Shown one piece after another: positions 20,188 through 29,878 of a DNA stretch of 64,000 nt (position 1 is the first letter of the stretch; every line of letters begins with the position of its first letter). This DNA is from an uncultured Acidobacteriota bacterium. GTDB taxonomy: Bacteria > Acidobacteriota > Thermoanaerobaculia > UBA5066 > Gp7-AA6. The notes beneath the pieces were generated by a model, which saw only the letters and a list, made by a program, of their open reading frames with translations, did not search any database and was not told the DNA's origin. The translations under genes and the position numbers were made by a program. Location: positions 14,827 through 78,826 of the forward strand of contig CAWDSI010000035.1 of assembly GCA_963804915.1 (NCBI GenBank), read 5' to 3'.

Positions 20188-20309
20188 CGGCTCTGCTCCT
20201 TGAGGCGGTAAACGGTACCACGACGGGGACCCGCCCGGGGGGGAGGGTCCCGTCGCTGATACTCAACCTCTTGAGCAGCAAAGGCTTATTGACTTAAGCT
20301 CGGCGGTTG

Positions 20310-20888
20310 CTACTTCCCCGCGGCGATGGACTTGCACATGTCTTCGAGGCCGTTTTCGACGGCGTCCGGGACCGTCGATCCTTTGGCCTTCTGCCGCAGC
20401 TCTCCGACGACCTCGCCGCTCTTGTTCTTGATCAGCAGCTCCAGGCCGACTCCCGGGTTCGCCGCCCAGCCGCCCCAGTACCGGGCCGCGCCGCTCGGCT
20501 CCCAGGCGTTGAACACGTTGCCTTCGACGATGAGGTCGGCGTTCTTCTCGACGACCTCGAAGCCCTCTTTCTCGAGCCACTGTTCGGCGTATTCCTTCCC
20601 GTCCCGCGCCGCGTCTTTGGAGTCGCGGCTCTTTCCGTTGTGCTCGAAGTCCTTGACCATGACCGTCTTGTACGTCCCTTTCAGGCTGCCCTTGGGGAAG
20701 TAGACCCAGTCGGCGTCCTTGCCCGCCACGAGCTTGTCGTAGTCGGGCAGGAACTTCTGTGGCTCGTCCTTCTCCTTGGCGTCGTCGGAGCTGGCGAAGG
20801 ACTTGGGAGCCGCCAGAACGGCGGATACGGAAAGAAGCAGAAAGGCGGCGGCGAAGGCTGCAGTCAGTCTGCGCGAAAAAGCAGGCAT
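20310..20888 (-). CDS. secreted hypothetical protein
   Basis: 192-aa intact ORF. Signal peptide ..AFAAAFLLLSVSAVLAAP. Lys/Glu-rich with lower GC than its neighbours. Confidence 0.65.
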   Translation of the reverse strand: MPAFSRRLTAAFAAAFLLLSVSAVLAAPKSFASSDDAKEKDEPQKFLPDYDKLVAGKDADWVYFPKGSLKGTYKTVMVKDFEHNGKSRDSKDAARDGKEYAEQWLEKEGFEVVEKNADLIVEGNVFNAWEPSGAARYWGGWAANPGVGLELLIKNKSGEVVGELRQKAKGSTVPDAVENGLEDMCKSIAAGK

Positions 20889-20948
20889 ATTGCGGAATCT
20901 CCTTCGGTGGAATTGTAGCAGGGCGGCGGACGACCGGGTGCGGCGAGG

Positions 20949-22001
20949 TCAGTCGAAGCGCAGGCGCTGGCAGACCGCGTCGCCGGCCTGGGACGTCGAC
21001 AGCGAGCCGCCCACGTCGGCTGTCGCCGCCCCGTCGCGCACGCAGGCCGCCACCGCGGCCTCGACCGCGGAGGCCTCCGCGCCGCGCCCGAGGTGGTCGA
21101 GCAGAAGGCCCGCCGTGAGGATCGCGCCGAACGGGTTGGCCTTGCCCGTTCCGGCGTACTTCGGCGCCGACCCGTGCACCGGCTCGAACATGGACACACG
21201 GCCCGGATGGATGTTGCCGGACGCCGCCATGCCCAGGCCGCCCTGCAGCGCCGCGCCGAGATCCGTCGCGATGTCCCCGAACATGTTGTTCGTGACGATG
21301 ACCTCGAACTGCCGGGGATCCTTGACCATCTGCATGCAGAGCGCGTCGATGTAGAGGTGCGACGCCTCGATCTCGGGGTAATCCTTCGCGACGTCGGCGA
21401 AGGCGCGCTGCCAGAGATCGCCGACGAACCGCATCGCGTTCGACTTGTCGGACATCACGACGCGCCGCCGACCGCGGGCGCGGGCGTACTCGAACGCGTA
21501 CCGGATGATCCGCTCGACGCCCTTGCGGGTCGAGACGTCCTCCTGGACCGCGACCTCGTCCGGCGTGCCCTTCTTCAAGTGCCCGCCCGCCCCGACGTAG
21601 GAGCCCTCGGTGTTCTCGCGGAAGACCACGAAGTCCACGTCCTCGGCGCCGAAACCCTTGAGCGGGCAGAGGCGGTCGTCGAGGCAGCGGACCGGCCGGT
21701 AGTTGACGTAGAGGTCGAGGCGGAAGCGCGCCCCGAGCAGGATGTCCGCGGCGTGCTTCATGTCGGGCACGCGGGGGTCTCCGAAGGCGCCCATGAAGAT
21801 CGCGTCGTAGTTCGAGGCGAGGTCGTCGAAGCCGCCGTCGGGAATCGTGATGCCCGTCTTCAGGTAGTGGTCCGCGCTCCACGGGAAGAAGACCGGCTCG
21901 AACGGGATGGCCCGGGCGCGGGCCACCCGGTCGAGAACCTTGACGGCCTCCGCGGTGACGTCGACGCCGATTCCGTCGCCCGGGACGACCGCGATTTTCA
22001 T
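20949..22001 (-). CDS. isocitrate/isopropylmalate dehydrogenase superfamily enzyme (3-isopropylmalate / tartrate dehydrogenase-like)
   Basis: 350-aa intact ORF. MKIAVVPGDGIG.., ..NYRPVR.., ..NMFGDIATDLGAAL.GGLG... Confidence 0.8.
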   Translation of the reverse strand: MKIAVVPGDGIGVDVTAEAVKVLDRVARARAIPFEPVFFPWSADHYLKTGITIPDGGFDDLASNYDAIFMGAFGDPRVPDMKHAADILLGARFRLDLYVNYRPVRCLDDRLCPLKGFGAEDVDFVVFRENTEGSYVGAGGHLKKGTPDEVAVQEDVSTRKGVERIIRYAFEYARARGRRRVVMSDKSNAMRFVGDLWQRAFADVAKDYPEIEASHLYIDALCMQMVKDPRQFEVIVTNNMFGDIATDLGAALQGGLGMAASGNIHPGRVSMFEPVHGSAPKYAGTGKANPFGAILTAGLLLDHLGRGAEASAVEAAVAACVRDGAATADVGGSLSTSQAGDAVCQRLRFD

Positions 22002-22039
22002 GCGACCGCGGACGATAACATGGCCATAGAATCCCGAAA

Positions 22040-22588
22040 GTGACCTTCGCCGAAGCCGTCCGGGAGGTCGTGGTCGAAGCCGCGTCGCGGGCCGAGCGGC
22101 CCACTCCGGGCGGACTTTGCGAGCGCATCGCCCGCGAGACCGAGCGCTACCTCGACCGTGTCCAGTTCTCGCGAGAGCGCTACATGCGCCACCCGATCCT
22201 TCTCTGGGACGACTGGGAAGTCATGCTCATCGCGTGGGAGGGGGGCCAGGTCACGCCGATCCACGATCATCGCGGCGTGATGGGCGGGATGGCGGTGCTC
22301 TCGGGCACGCTCGCGGAGGAGCGCTTCACGACGCCGCGCGACATCCCCGAGCTCTACGACAGCCAGGCGCGGCCGGAGGGCGATCTGTCGGACATCGGCC
22401 CGACCGTGCTCCACCGCCTGGCCCCGACGAGCGCCCGGGCCATTTCGCTCCACGTATACCGGCCGCCGCTCCGCACGATGGGCATCTGGGACGCGTCCGG
22501 ACTGATCTCGGTCATGCCCTCGGCCTTCGACGTCGGGGAAGACGTCCTCTCGCGCGCCACGCGCGTTCCCGCCGACACCGTTCGCTAA
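22040..22588 (+). CDS. cysteine dioxygenase-like cupin protein
   Basis: 182-aa ORF. Cupin metal site ..TPIHDHRG.. and ..LHRL..SLHVY... The assignment is tentative. Confidence 0.6.
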   Translation: MTFAEAVREVVVEAASRAERPTPGGLCERIARETERYLDRVQFSRERYMRHPILLWDDWEVMLIAWEGGQVTPIHDHRGVMGGMAVLSGTLAEERFTTPRDIPELYDSQARPEGDLSDIGPTVLHRLAPTSARAISLHVYRPPLRTMGIWDASGLISVMPSAFDVGEDVLSRATRVPADTVR

Positions 22589-22621
22589 TCGGTCGCTGGT
22601 CATCGGCGCTCGCGCGCCGCG

Positions 22622-24391
22622 CTATCGCCGCGCGAAGATCACCGCCCAGGATTTCCCCCAGGGATCCACGATCCGCTCGACGGGACGCTCTCCGCTCCCC
22701 GCTTCGGTCCCCGGCGACACGATCCGCGCTCGCAGCGAGACCGGCCCGCGCGGTGCGGCCGCCCCATCCGCGCAGGGATCCAGCCGGAATCGGCGCACGG
22801 CCTCGATCGCCAGGCTCGAATGCCCGAGACCGCGCGCGATCTCCACGCTTCCGTAGCGATCCCAGCGCGCCGCCGCCCGGCCGATGAGCGTGTCCTGCCC
22901 GTGGAAGCCCCGGAACGTCTCGGAGTGTTCCGGCCAGAACCGCAGCGCCGCGCGCGCCGAGACGGCTCCCTCGACGGCGATCGCGCCGATCGCGGCCAGG
23001 GCCGCGGCGCGGCGAGAGCGCGGGGGCACCCGCCCGAGGATCCAGAGAATGCCGGCCGCCGCCGCCACGGCGGTCAGCGTCGAGAGATACGCGAAGCGCG
23101 AGCCGTTCGGATTGTCGGCCTGGCCCCCCGCGGCCACCGCCGCGAGGAACGCCGCCGCATGGGCGAGAAGCAGTCCGGAGATCGCGTCGCGCGGCCGCAG
23201 GAGCGCCCGACCGAGAGCGATCGCGACCGGGATGCCGAGGATCCATCCGAGGCGCGTGCGCCCGGGCAGGTCGTGCCGCGGGGTGGGATCGCCCAGGAGC
23301 CATGGCGAGACGAGCGCGTCGGCGACCGCTTCGACGGGCGGCCGCAGCGAGCCGGTGCGGCGGATCTCGAGCAGGACGTTGTGGTCCGCCGTCCTCGCGA
23401 AGTACGACGCGGCGCGCCCCTCGCGGAAGAGGAAGAGCGGCGCCGCGCAGGCCGCGAAGCCCAGCGCGAATGCCGCCGCACGGGCGATTCGAGCGCCGGC
23501 TCTCTCTCCGGCCTCGGCCGGCCAGAGCGCGAAGAGCCCGAGGGCCGCGCCGGCGGGCCAGGCCGACAGGTAGACGTGGGCGCCGAGCCCTCCGACGATT
23601 CCGGCGGCCAGCGCCCGCGGCAGGCTTCGCCGCTTCCGCGAAGAGAGCAGGGCCAGCGTCGCGAGATCCACGATCGGCGCGAGCAGGATCATGTTGAACG
23701 CCCAGCGGCTGAGGATGAGATGCCAGCGCAGGCCCGCGAGCACGAGAGCGGCGAGCATGCCGCCGCCCGCCGGCAGCAGCGCCCGGCCGAGAAGCGCCGC
23801 CGTGACGAGCGAGGCGGCGCCCGCGAGCGCCGAGGGAAGCCGCACGCCCAGGACGGTCGTGCCGCCGAGCGCGAGAGCGGCGCGGTAGCCCTCGAGGTAC
23901 AGAACGCCGATGCTGCCGTACGGCTTCGGCACGCCGTAGGGCAGCGGACGGATCGAGTCCGAGAAATCCGACGGGCGTCCGGAGAGCTCGAGCGCCGGCC
24001 GCATCAGCGATAGATCGTCGACCCAGAGCCACTCGGGAACGCGTTCGAGAGCGGCGAAGCGAAGCGCCGTCCCGGCGAGAATCGCGAGCAGCGTCAGGGC
24101 CGCGAGCGTCGAGGGACGGAGCGGGATCGGCGCGAGCTCCTCCGCCGCCCCGCTCGAGCGCGCCCACGCCAGAAACCCGGCCGCCGCCATCGCGCCGGCC
24201 GCGGCGGCTCCGGCGGCGACGGCCAGACCGAGGAGCAGACGGGACGGCGCCCAGGAGGCCTCCGGATCCGCGAGGAGCGCCGGCCCGATCCGTCGCGCGA
24301 GCGCGATGGCCGCCACGAACGCCGCCGCGGCTCCGACCAGAAGGGCCAGGCGGATGCCCCGGAAGGGCCCCCGCGAGGCCTCCGACGTCAC
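22622..24391 (-). CDS. GT39/ArnT-like polytopic membrane glycosyltransferase
   Basis: Many TM helices plus a C-terminal soluble domain. The likely GTG start at 24391 overlaps the FHA gene stop (GTGA). The longer ORF to 24538 overlaps the FHA gene. Confidence 0.65.
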   Translation of the reverse strand: MTSEASRGPFRGIRLALLVGAAAAFVAAIALARRIGPALLADPEASWAPSRLLLGLAVAAGAAAAGAMAAAGFLAWARSSGAAEELAPIPLRPSTLAALTLLAILAGTALRFAALERVPEWLWVDDLSLMRPALELSGRPSDFSDSIRPLPYGVPKPYGSIGVLYLEGYRAALALGGTTVLGVRLPSALAGAASLVTAALLGRALLPAGGGMLAALVLAGLRWHLILSRWAFNMILLAPIVDLATLALLSSRKRRSLPRALAAGIVGGLGAHVYLSAWPAGAALGLFALWPAEAGERAGARIARAAAFALGFAACAAPLFLFREGRAASYFARTADHNVLLEIRRTGSLRPPVEAVADALVSPWLLGDPTPRHDLPGRTRLGWILGIPVAIALGRALLRPRDAISGLLLAHAAAFLAAVAAGGQADNPNGSRFAYLSTLTAVAAAAGILWILGRVPPRSRRAAALAAIGAIAVEGAVSARAALRFWPEHSETFRGFHGQDTLIGRAAARWDRYGSVEIARGLGHSSLAIEAVRRFRLDPCADGAAAPRGPVSLRARIVSPGTEAGSGERPVERIVDPWGKSWAVIFARR

Positions 24392-24912
24392 TTCTGGAAG
24401 AAGAGGAACAGGTTGACCGACGACGGCCCGAGCGAGAAGAAATCGCCGGAGCGCAGGGGCCGTGCGCAGTCGTCCTCCGAGATTCCGCCGAGATCGTCGG
24501 GCGCCGGAATCGGATCGCCGTTCAGGTATGTCCCGCACGTGGATCGCATGTCGACCAGCCGGTACAGCGCGCCTCCGGAATCCAGCCGCCGCACGACCTT
24601 CGCGTGCAGCCGCGAGACCTCGACGTTGAGGAACGCGTCGGGCGAGGAGACGCGGAAGCCCGAGACGGGCATCCCGATGCCGATGAACTCGGGCACCTCG
24701 CGGCCGATGAGGAGCTCGTCGAAGTCGAGCTTCACGAGGCCCGCGTTGTAGGGGCCGAGGCCCAGGAGGAAGTAGCCGGATGGCAGCTTGAGGAGCGTTT
24801 TTTCGAGTCGCGTCGACAGGCCCGCCATGCCGTTGTCGACGAACGTCCCCAGGTCGCGCTGACGCGATTCCAGCGCCTCACGGCAAATCGCCGAGTAAAT
24901 GTCGTCTTTCAT
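24388..24912 (-). CDS. FHA domain-containing protein
   Basis: 174 aa. C-terminal FHA signature ..LLIGRE..VSRLHAKV..YRLVDMRSTCGTYLNG... Confidence 0.75.
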   Translation of the reverse strand: MKDDIYSAICREALESRQRDLGTFVDNGMAGLSTRLEKTLLKLPSGYFLLGLGPYNAGLVKLDFDELLIGREVPEFIGIGMPVSGFRVSSPDAFLNVEVSRLHAKVVRRLDSGGALYRLVDMRSTCGTYLNGDPIPAPDDLGGISEDDCARPLRSGDFFSLGPSSVNLFLFFQK

Positions 24913-24973
24913 CGCATGAGATTCAACATACGGATTTTACCGCGCATTTCGGTCGGCGGCAGTGGTCCGATGC

Positions 24974-27010
24974 TCAGTGGACCGTCTCTTCGCCGGCCTG
25001 CTCGACCTCTTCCGAGGACGGCTCCCGCTCGATGGTCCATCTCTCGTAGACGTTGTCCGGCAGCTCGGCCACGAAGCGGGAAGGTTCCAAAATCACATCG
25101 ACGCCGTAGCGGTCGCGGGCGAGCATCGGGTAGACCAGCGCGAGCTCGTTCTTGGCGCGGGTCACGGCCACATAGAAGAGGCGTCGCTCTTCTTCGAGAC
25201 CCTCGTCGGTCGCGATCGAACGGTAGTTCGGGAAACGCCCCTCCGACAGGCCCATGACGATGACGCGGCTCCACTCGAGGCCCTTGGCCTGATGGATGGA
25301 GGAGAGGACGACGCGATCGTCGTCGGGCTCCCCCGCCACCACGTCCTCGCCCGAGAGCTCGTTGAAGAGCGTCACGTCCTCGAGAAACGCCGGCAGCGAG
25401 TCGTACGTCTGCGCGAACTGGGCGAACTGTTCGAGGTCGTCGAGACGGGCGTTGCCGTTGGGGAACTTGGCGCGGGCGTAGTCCTTGTATACGTCCTCGA
25501 CGACCGTCCGAATCGCCTCCGCCGGAGTGGATCGCAGACCCGGCGAATCGAGCTGCGAGAGCAGCGTGCGGAACGGCCGGAGCGCGGTCTCCGAGCCGCG
25601 GCCGAGATCCACGGACTTCGCGTCGAGGGATCGGAAGGCTTCGAGCGGGTCCGGGCGGGCGCCGATCGCCTCCCAGACCGCCGCCGCGGATCGCTCGCCG
25701 ACCCTCGGGAAGAGCTTGAGGGCCCGCTTCCAGGAGAGCTCGTCTTTCGGGTTGACGACGATCCGCAGGAACGCGAGCACGTCCTTGACGTGGCGCTGCT
25801 CGAAGAAGCGGGTGCCCGAGCGGATCTCGTAGGGGATCCCGCGCCGCGTCAGCTCGATCTGGAGCTCGAGCGCCTGGTAGTGCGCGCGGTAGAGCACGGC
25901 CAGATCCGAGAGCTTCTCGCCTTCGTCGTGCCACTCCAGCAGCCGCTGGCCGACGAACCGGGCCTGGTCGGGGATGTCGGGCAGCGCCACGACGGCGGGC
26001 AGCGCGCCCGCCTCCCGCGACGCGGCGAGCTCCTTCGGAAACTGCTTCTCGTTGTGGGCGATCGAGGCGTTCGCGAGCGCCAGGATCTCGGGCGTGGAGC
26101 GGTAGTTGCGCGTCAGGCGGAACGTCTGCGCCTCCGGATAGCGCTGGGGAAAGCCGAGGATGTTCTCGAACGAGGCGCCGCGGAAGGAGTAGATGGCCTG
26201 GGCGTCGTCGCCCACGACGGTCACGTTCTTCTTGAGCTTCGCCATGCCGTCGACGATCTCGCCCTGGAGACGGTTCGTGTCCTGATACTCGTCGACGAGA
26301 ACGTGGTCGAAGGAGGACCGGAGCTCCGTGGCCGCCGCCGGGACCTCGTCGAGGAGCTTCTTCCAGAGCAGGAGCAGATCGTCGTAATCCACGGCGTTGC
26401 CCTGGCGCTTGCGCTCGCGGTAGCGCTGAAAGACCGAGACGATCTCGGTCTCGAGCTCCGAGAAATGGGGCGCGTGCTCGGCGAGGACCTCGGTGAAGGA
26501 GCGCCCGGTGTTGATCGTGTAGGAGTAGAGGTCCTGAAGGACGTCGCCCTTGGGGAAGCGGCGATCGAGCGTCGGGATCCGTCGATCCGAGGTCGCCGCC
26601 TCCATCAGCTCCCGGGAGTCCTCGGGATCGAGGATCGTGAAGTTCGAGGTCAGCCCGAGGCGCGCGCCGAAGCGTCGCAGGAGGCGGTTGCCCACCGAAT
26701 GGAACGTGCCGCCGGCGAGCCGCCGCGTGTCCACCGCGAGGAGAGTCTCGACGCGGCGGAGCATCTCGCGCGCCGCCTTGTTCGTGAACGTCAGCAGAAG
26801 CAGGCGCGACGGGTCGTGCCCCGACTCGATCAGGCGGGAGACGCGATAGACGAGCGTCCGCGTCTTGCCGGACCCCGCGCCCGCGATGACGAGGATCGGG
26901 CCGCCTCCGGCGAGGACCACCTCCCGCTGCTCGTCGTTCAGCTCCCGGTCGTAGTCGACCCGGTACGACTTGAGCCGCGCGGGCGTCTTGAGGACGTACT
27001 TGCGCTCCAC
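24974..27010 (-). CDS. uvrD: UvrD/PcrA-family ATP-dependent DNA helicase
   Basis: 678-aa intact ORF. ..LVIAGAGSGKTRTLV.., ..VDEYQDTN.., ..SIHQAKGLEW.., ..YVAVTRAK... Confidence 0.92.
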   Translation of the reverse strand: MERKYVLKTPARLKSYRVDYDRELNDEQREVVLAGGGPILVIAGAGSGKTRTLVYRVSRLIESGHDPSRLLLLTFTNKAAREMLRRVETLLAVDTRRLAGGTFHSVGNRLLRRFGARLGLTSNFTILDPEDSRELMEAATSDRRIPTLDRRFPKGDVLQDLYSYTINTGRSFTEVLAEHAPHFSELETEIVSVFQRYRERKRQGNAVDYDDLLLLWKKLLDEVPAAATELRSSFDHVLVDEYQDTNRLQGEIVDGMAKLKKNVTVVGDDAQAIYSFRGASFENILGFPQRYPEAQTFRLTRNYRSTPEILALANASIAHNEKQFPKELAASREAGALPAVVALPDIPDQARFVGQRLLEWHDEGEKLSDLAVLYRAHYQALELQIELTRRGIPYEIRSGTRFFEQRHVKDVLAFLRIVVNPKDELSWKRALKLFPRVGERSAAAVWEAIGARPDPLEAFRSLDAKSVDLGRGSETALRPFRTLLSQLDSPGLRSTPAEAIRTVVEDVYKDYARAKFPNGNARLDDLEQFAQFAQTYDSLPAFLEDVTLFNELSGEDVVAGEPDDDRVVLSSIHQAKGLEWSRVIVMGLSEGRFPNYRSIATDEGLEEERRLFYVAVTRAKNELALVYPMLARDRYGVDVILEPSRFVAELPDNVYERWTIEREPSSEEVEQAGEETVH

Positions 27011-27081
27011 CCTCGCAGTTTAGACCGGGCGTAATCCAGACCGCTCCTGTCCGCGTCCAATGCGTGTAACAGGAGGATTCG

Positions 27082-27594
27082 ATGTCCAGGCTTTCGGCTC
27101 AACGACACCGCTCTCTGACCCTCATGGCTGCCGCAAGCGCAGGCGCTCTGGCGCTCTCCGGCCTCTTCGCCGCGAACCTCGCCGCGCACACCCCGGGCAG
27201 CGGCGGCCCGCAGGCGGACGCCCACGCATCCGGCCTCGGCCGGACCGCACGGCGGCTCGGTCTCTCCGATGACCAGAAAGATCAGATCCGGGGCATTCTG
27301 AAATCGCACGCCACCGAGATCGAGACCCAGCTCGAGGCGTCGCAGACCGGCCGGACAGCTCTCCGCGAAGCCATGGGGGCGCAGCCGCTCGACGAAAGCC
27401 GGATCCGCCAGCAGGCCCTGGCCCTCGGAGAAGTCCGCGCGGACGGCGCCGTGCTGCGCGCTCGCATCCGTTCCGAAATCTGGCCGGTCCTCACCACCGA
27501 GCAGCAGGAGAAGGCGAAGCAGCTCCGGTCCATGAAAGGGAAGCGGGAGAAGCGCCGGATCGACGCTCTGGAGCGCTGGCTTCAGAACGGCTGA
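27082..27594 (+). CDS. Spy/CpxP-family periplasmic chaperone
   Basis: 170 aa with a signal peptide. Two LxxxQ motifs (LSDDQ, LTTEQ). AGGAGG lies 5 nt upstream of the ATG. Confidence 0.7.
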   Translation: MSRLSAQRHRSLTLMAAASAGALALSGLFAANLAAHTPGSGGPQADAHASGLGRTARRLGLSDDQKDQIRGILKSHATEIETQLEASQTGRTALREAMGAQPLDESRIRQQALALGEVRADGAVLRARIRSEIWPVLTTEQQEKAKQLRSMKGKREKRRIDALERWLQNG

Positions 27595-27619
27595 TCTCGT
27601 CCCGAAATAGACTCTCCGC

Positions 27620-28801
27620 GTGCTGCGTCTTCTGACGGCCGGAGAGTCGCACGGGCCCCGTCTGACCGCGATCCTCGAGGGAATCCCCTCGGGGCTCGCG
27701 GTCGATCCCGTTTTCGTGGCCTCCGAGCTCGCGCGCCGCCAGCACGGCTACGGGCGCGGCGGCCGCATGAAGATCGAGAAGGACGAGGCGCGCTTCGAGG
27801 GCGGCGTCCGCGGTGGCGTGACGCTCGGCTCCCCGATCGCCATCGGCATCGAGAACCGGGACTACGCGAATTGGGAAGCCGTGATGGGGCCTCTCTCGGT
27901 CGATCCGGCGGCCGCGGCCGGCAAGCGCCTCACGCGCCCCCGGCCGGGCCACGCGGACCTCGCCGGCGGAATGAAATACGGCGCCTCGGACCTGCGCGAC
28001 GTCCTCGAGCGCGCCTCGGCGCGCGAGTCGGCGGCGCGGGTGGCCGCGGGAGCGGTCTGCAAGCTCCTCCTGGCCGCCGGCGGCATCGAGGTCCGCAGCG
28101 GAGTCCTCGCCCTCGGTTCGGTCGTCGATACCCGTTCGCCACGGAGCTTCGCGGCGCTCACGCGCGTCCGCGAGGATTCGCCGCTGCGGGCGATCGACGC
28201 CTCGCTCGAGACGGCGATGATCGCCGCCGTCGACGCGGCGAAGAAAGACGGCGAGACCCTCGGCGGCGCGATCCTCGTCGGAGCCCGGGGCGTGCCGGCG
28301 GGGCTCGGCAGCTTCGCATCCTGGGACCGGAAGCTCGACGGCCGGATCGGCCAGGCGCTCCTGTCGGTGCCGGCGGTCAAGGCGGTGGAGCTGGGCGCGG
28401 CGATCGAGGCCTCGCGGGGTCCGGGGTCCTCCGCCCACGACGAGATCGAGCCCGGCCCGGACGGTGCGCTGGTGCGGCGCACGAACCGCGCCGGCGGCCT
28501 CGAGGCCGGCGTCACCAACGGCCAGGACGTTCTGGCGGTCGCGTACATGAAGCCCATCTCGACGCTCGCGCGCGGGCTCGACTCGGTCGACCTCGAGACC
28601 GGCCAGCCCGCCCGCTCGGCCTACGAGCGGAGCGACGTCACGGCCGTGCCGGCCTGCGGCGTGATCTGCGAGGCCATGCTCGCCTTCGTCCTCGCCGACG
28701 CCCTTCTGGAGCTGACGGGGGGCGACCGCCTGGAGGACGTGACCGACCGCCTGGCCGCGCACCGGGAGCGCGTGCGGCGCTACCCTCAACCGAAGCGCTG
28801 A
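27620..28801 (+). CDS. aroC: chorismate synthase
   Basis: 393 aa. MLRLLTAGESHGP.., ..RPGHADL.., ..RSDVTAVPA... Confidence 0.95.
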   Translation: MLRLLTAGESHGPRLTAILEGIPSGLAVDPVFVASELARRQHGYGRGGRMKIEKDEARFEGGVRGGVTLGSPIAIGIENRDYANWEAVMGPLSVDPAAAAGKRLTRPRPGHADLAGGMKYGASDLRDVLERASARESAARVAAGAVCKLLLAAGGIEVRSGVLALGSVVDTRSPRSFAALTRVREDSPLRAIDASLETAMIAAVDAAKKDGETLGGAILVGARGVPAGLGSFASWDRKLDGRIGQALLSVPAVKAVELGAAIEASRGPGSSAHDEIEPGPDGALVRRTNRAGGLEAGVTNGQDVLAVAYMKPISTLARGLDSVDLETGQPARSAYERSDVTAVPACGVICEAMLAFVLADALLELTGGDRLEDVTDRLAAHRERVRRYPQPKR

Positions 28802-28898
28802 TTTCCGAGGAAAGACGGCGAAATCCGGAGCCGGACGCCATCTGTCCGGCCCGGCCCCGAGGATGTCTCCATGGGGATGGCGGCAGCGGCGGCGTCGG

Positions 28899-28931
28899 CC
28901 ATATGGCATAATATGACCTGCCATGTGGCAG
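28899..28931 (+). promoter_or_regulatory. candidate promoter/operator of the Xre-RES pair
   Basis: A locally AT-rich patch ccatatggcataatatgac contains CATAAT (28907-28912). It is followed by the inverted repeat CTGCCA-tg-TGGCAG (28918-28931), about 30 nt upstream of the ATG at 28964. Confidence 0.35.
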
Positions 28932-28963
28932 GCCTCGAGACACCCCGAACCGCCGCCGTCGCC

Positions 28964-29392
28964 ATGAGCGGCACCGCCGACATCGTCCGGGCCCTCGGGG
29001 GTCCGCGCCTGGTTCCGGCGCGCTCTCCGGGCCAGCTCCGCGCGCTCGTGCGGGCGGGTCTCCCCTACGCCGCCCTCTCGGCGGTCGTCGCGGGATTCCG
29101 TCTGGGCGCCGCCGAGACCGGCACGGTCCTGCGCATCCCGGAGCGGACGCTCGCCCGGCGCCGGAAAGAGAAGCGCCTCTCGGCCGAGGAATCCGACCGG
29201 CTCGTTCGCCTGGCGCGCATCGCGGCGCTCGCCGAGGAGACGCTGGGCGGCCGCGAGAAGGCCGCGCGATGGCTGACGTCCGAGAATCGGGCGCTCGGCG
29301 GCCGCACTCCGATCTCCGAGCTCGACACGGACCTCGGCGCCGAAGAGGTCGAGGCCGCTCTCCAGCGGCTCTCGCACGGAATCGTCGGCTGA
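28964..29392 (+). CDS. Xre/MbcA/ParS-like antitoxin (DUF2384 type) of a RES-Xre pair
   Basis: ..ERTLARRRKEKRLSAEESDRLVRLARIAALAEETLGGREKAARWLTSENRALGGRTPISELDTDLG.. is typical of the family. An alternative start at 28871 has GAGG upstream. Confidence 0.8.
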   Translation: MSGTADIVRALGGPRLVPARSPGQLRALVRAGLPYAALSAVVAGFRLGAAETGTVLRIPERTLARRRKEKRLSAEESDRLVRLARIAALAEETLGGREKAARWLTSENRALGGRTPISELDTDLGAEEVEAALQRLSHGIVG

Positions 29393-29410
29393 CGGCAGAC
29401 TCCCCCGGCC

Positions 29411-29866
29411 ATGCGCGTCTTTCGAATCTGCAAGAAGGCACACGCGGCCTTCGACGGTGAGGGCGCGCGGCTCTACGGGGGACGCTGGAACCGCCGCGGC
29501 ACCGCCGTCATCTACGCCTCGGAGAGCCTGGCGCTCGCCGCGCTCGAGCTCCTCGTCCATGCCGAGTCGGCGCTTCTGCCGGACGATCTGGTCGCGGTCG
29601 CGGCCGACGTTCCCGAAACCGTGAGCGTCGAATCCCTGGCGGTCCGCGAACTGCCGCGCGACTGGCGGCGCCATCCGGCCCCGGAAATCCTGGCCGAGCG
29701 CGGGACCGAGTGGGCCCGCTCGGGACGCACCGCGGTCCTCGCCGTGCCGTCCGCGCTGGTGCCCCGCGAGCGCAACTTCCTCTTCAACCCGGCCCATCCG
29801 GAATTTCGGAAGATCCGGCCGCACCCGCCGGAACCCTTCGCGCTGGACGCCCGCCTGCGTCCGTGA
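29411..29866 (+). CDS. RES-domain toxin (NAD+-targeting MbcT/ParT family)
   Basis: 151 aa. ..GGRWNRRGTAVIYASESLALAALE.. and ..VPSALVPRERNFLFNP.. supply the R-E-S residues. Confidence 0.85.
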   Translation: MRVFRICKKAHAAFDGEGARLYGGRWNRRGTAVIYASESLALAALELLVHAESALLPDDLVAVAADVPETVSVESLAVRELPRDWRRHPAPEILAERGTEWARSGRTAVLAVPSALVPRERNFLFNPAHPEFRKIRPHPPEPFALDARLRP

Positions 29867-29878
29867 CGAATCGGAGAA

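Noticed and set aside
20263-20309. The AT-rich stretch upstream of phoH as a defined promoter.
   Set aside because: Several partial -35/-10 combinations are possible (TTGCTG, TTGAGT, TATCAG), and none has convincing spacing. It is noted only as the probable control or terminator region between the 20310 gene and phoH.
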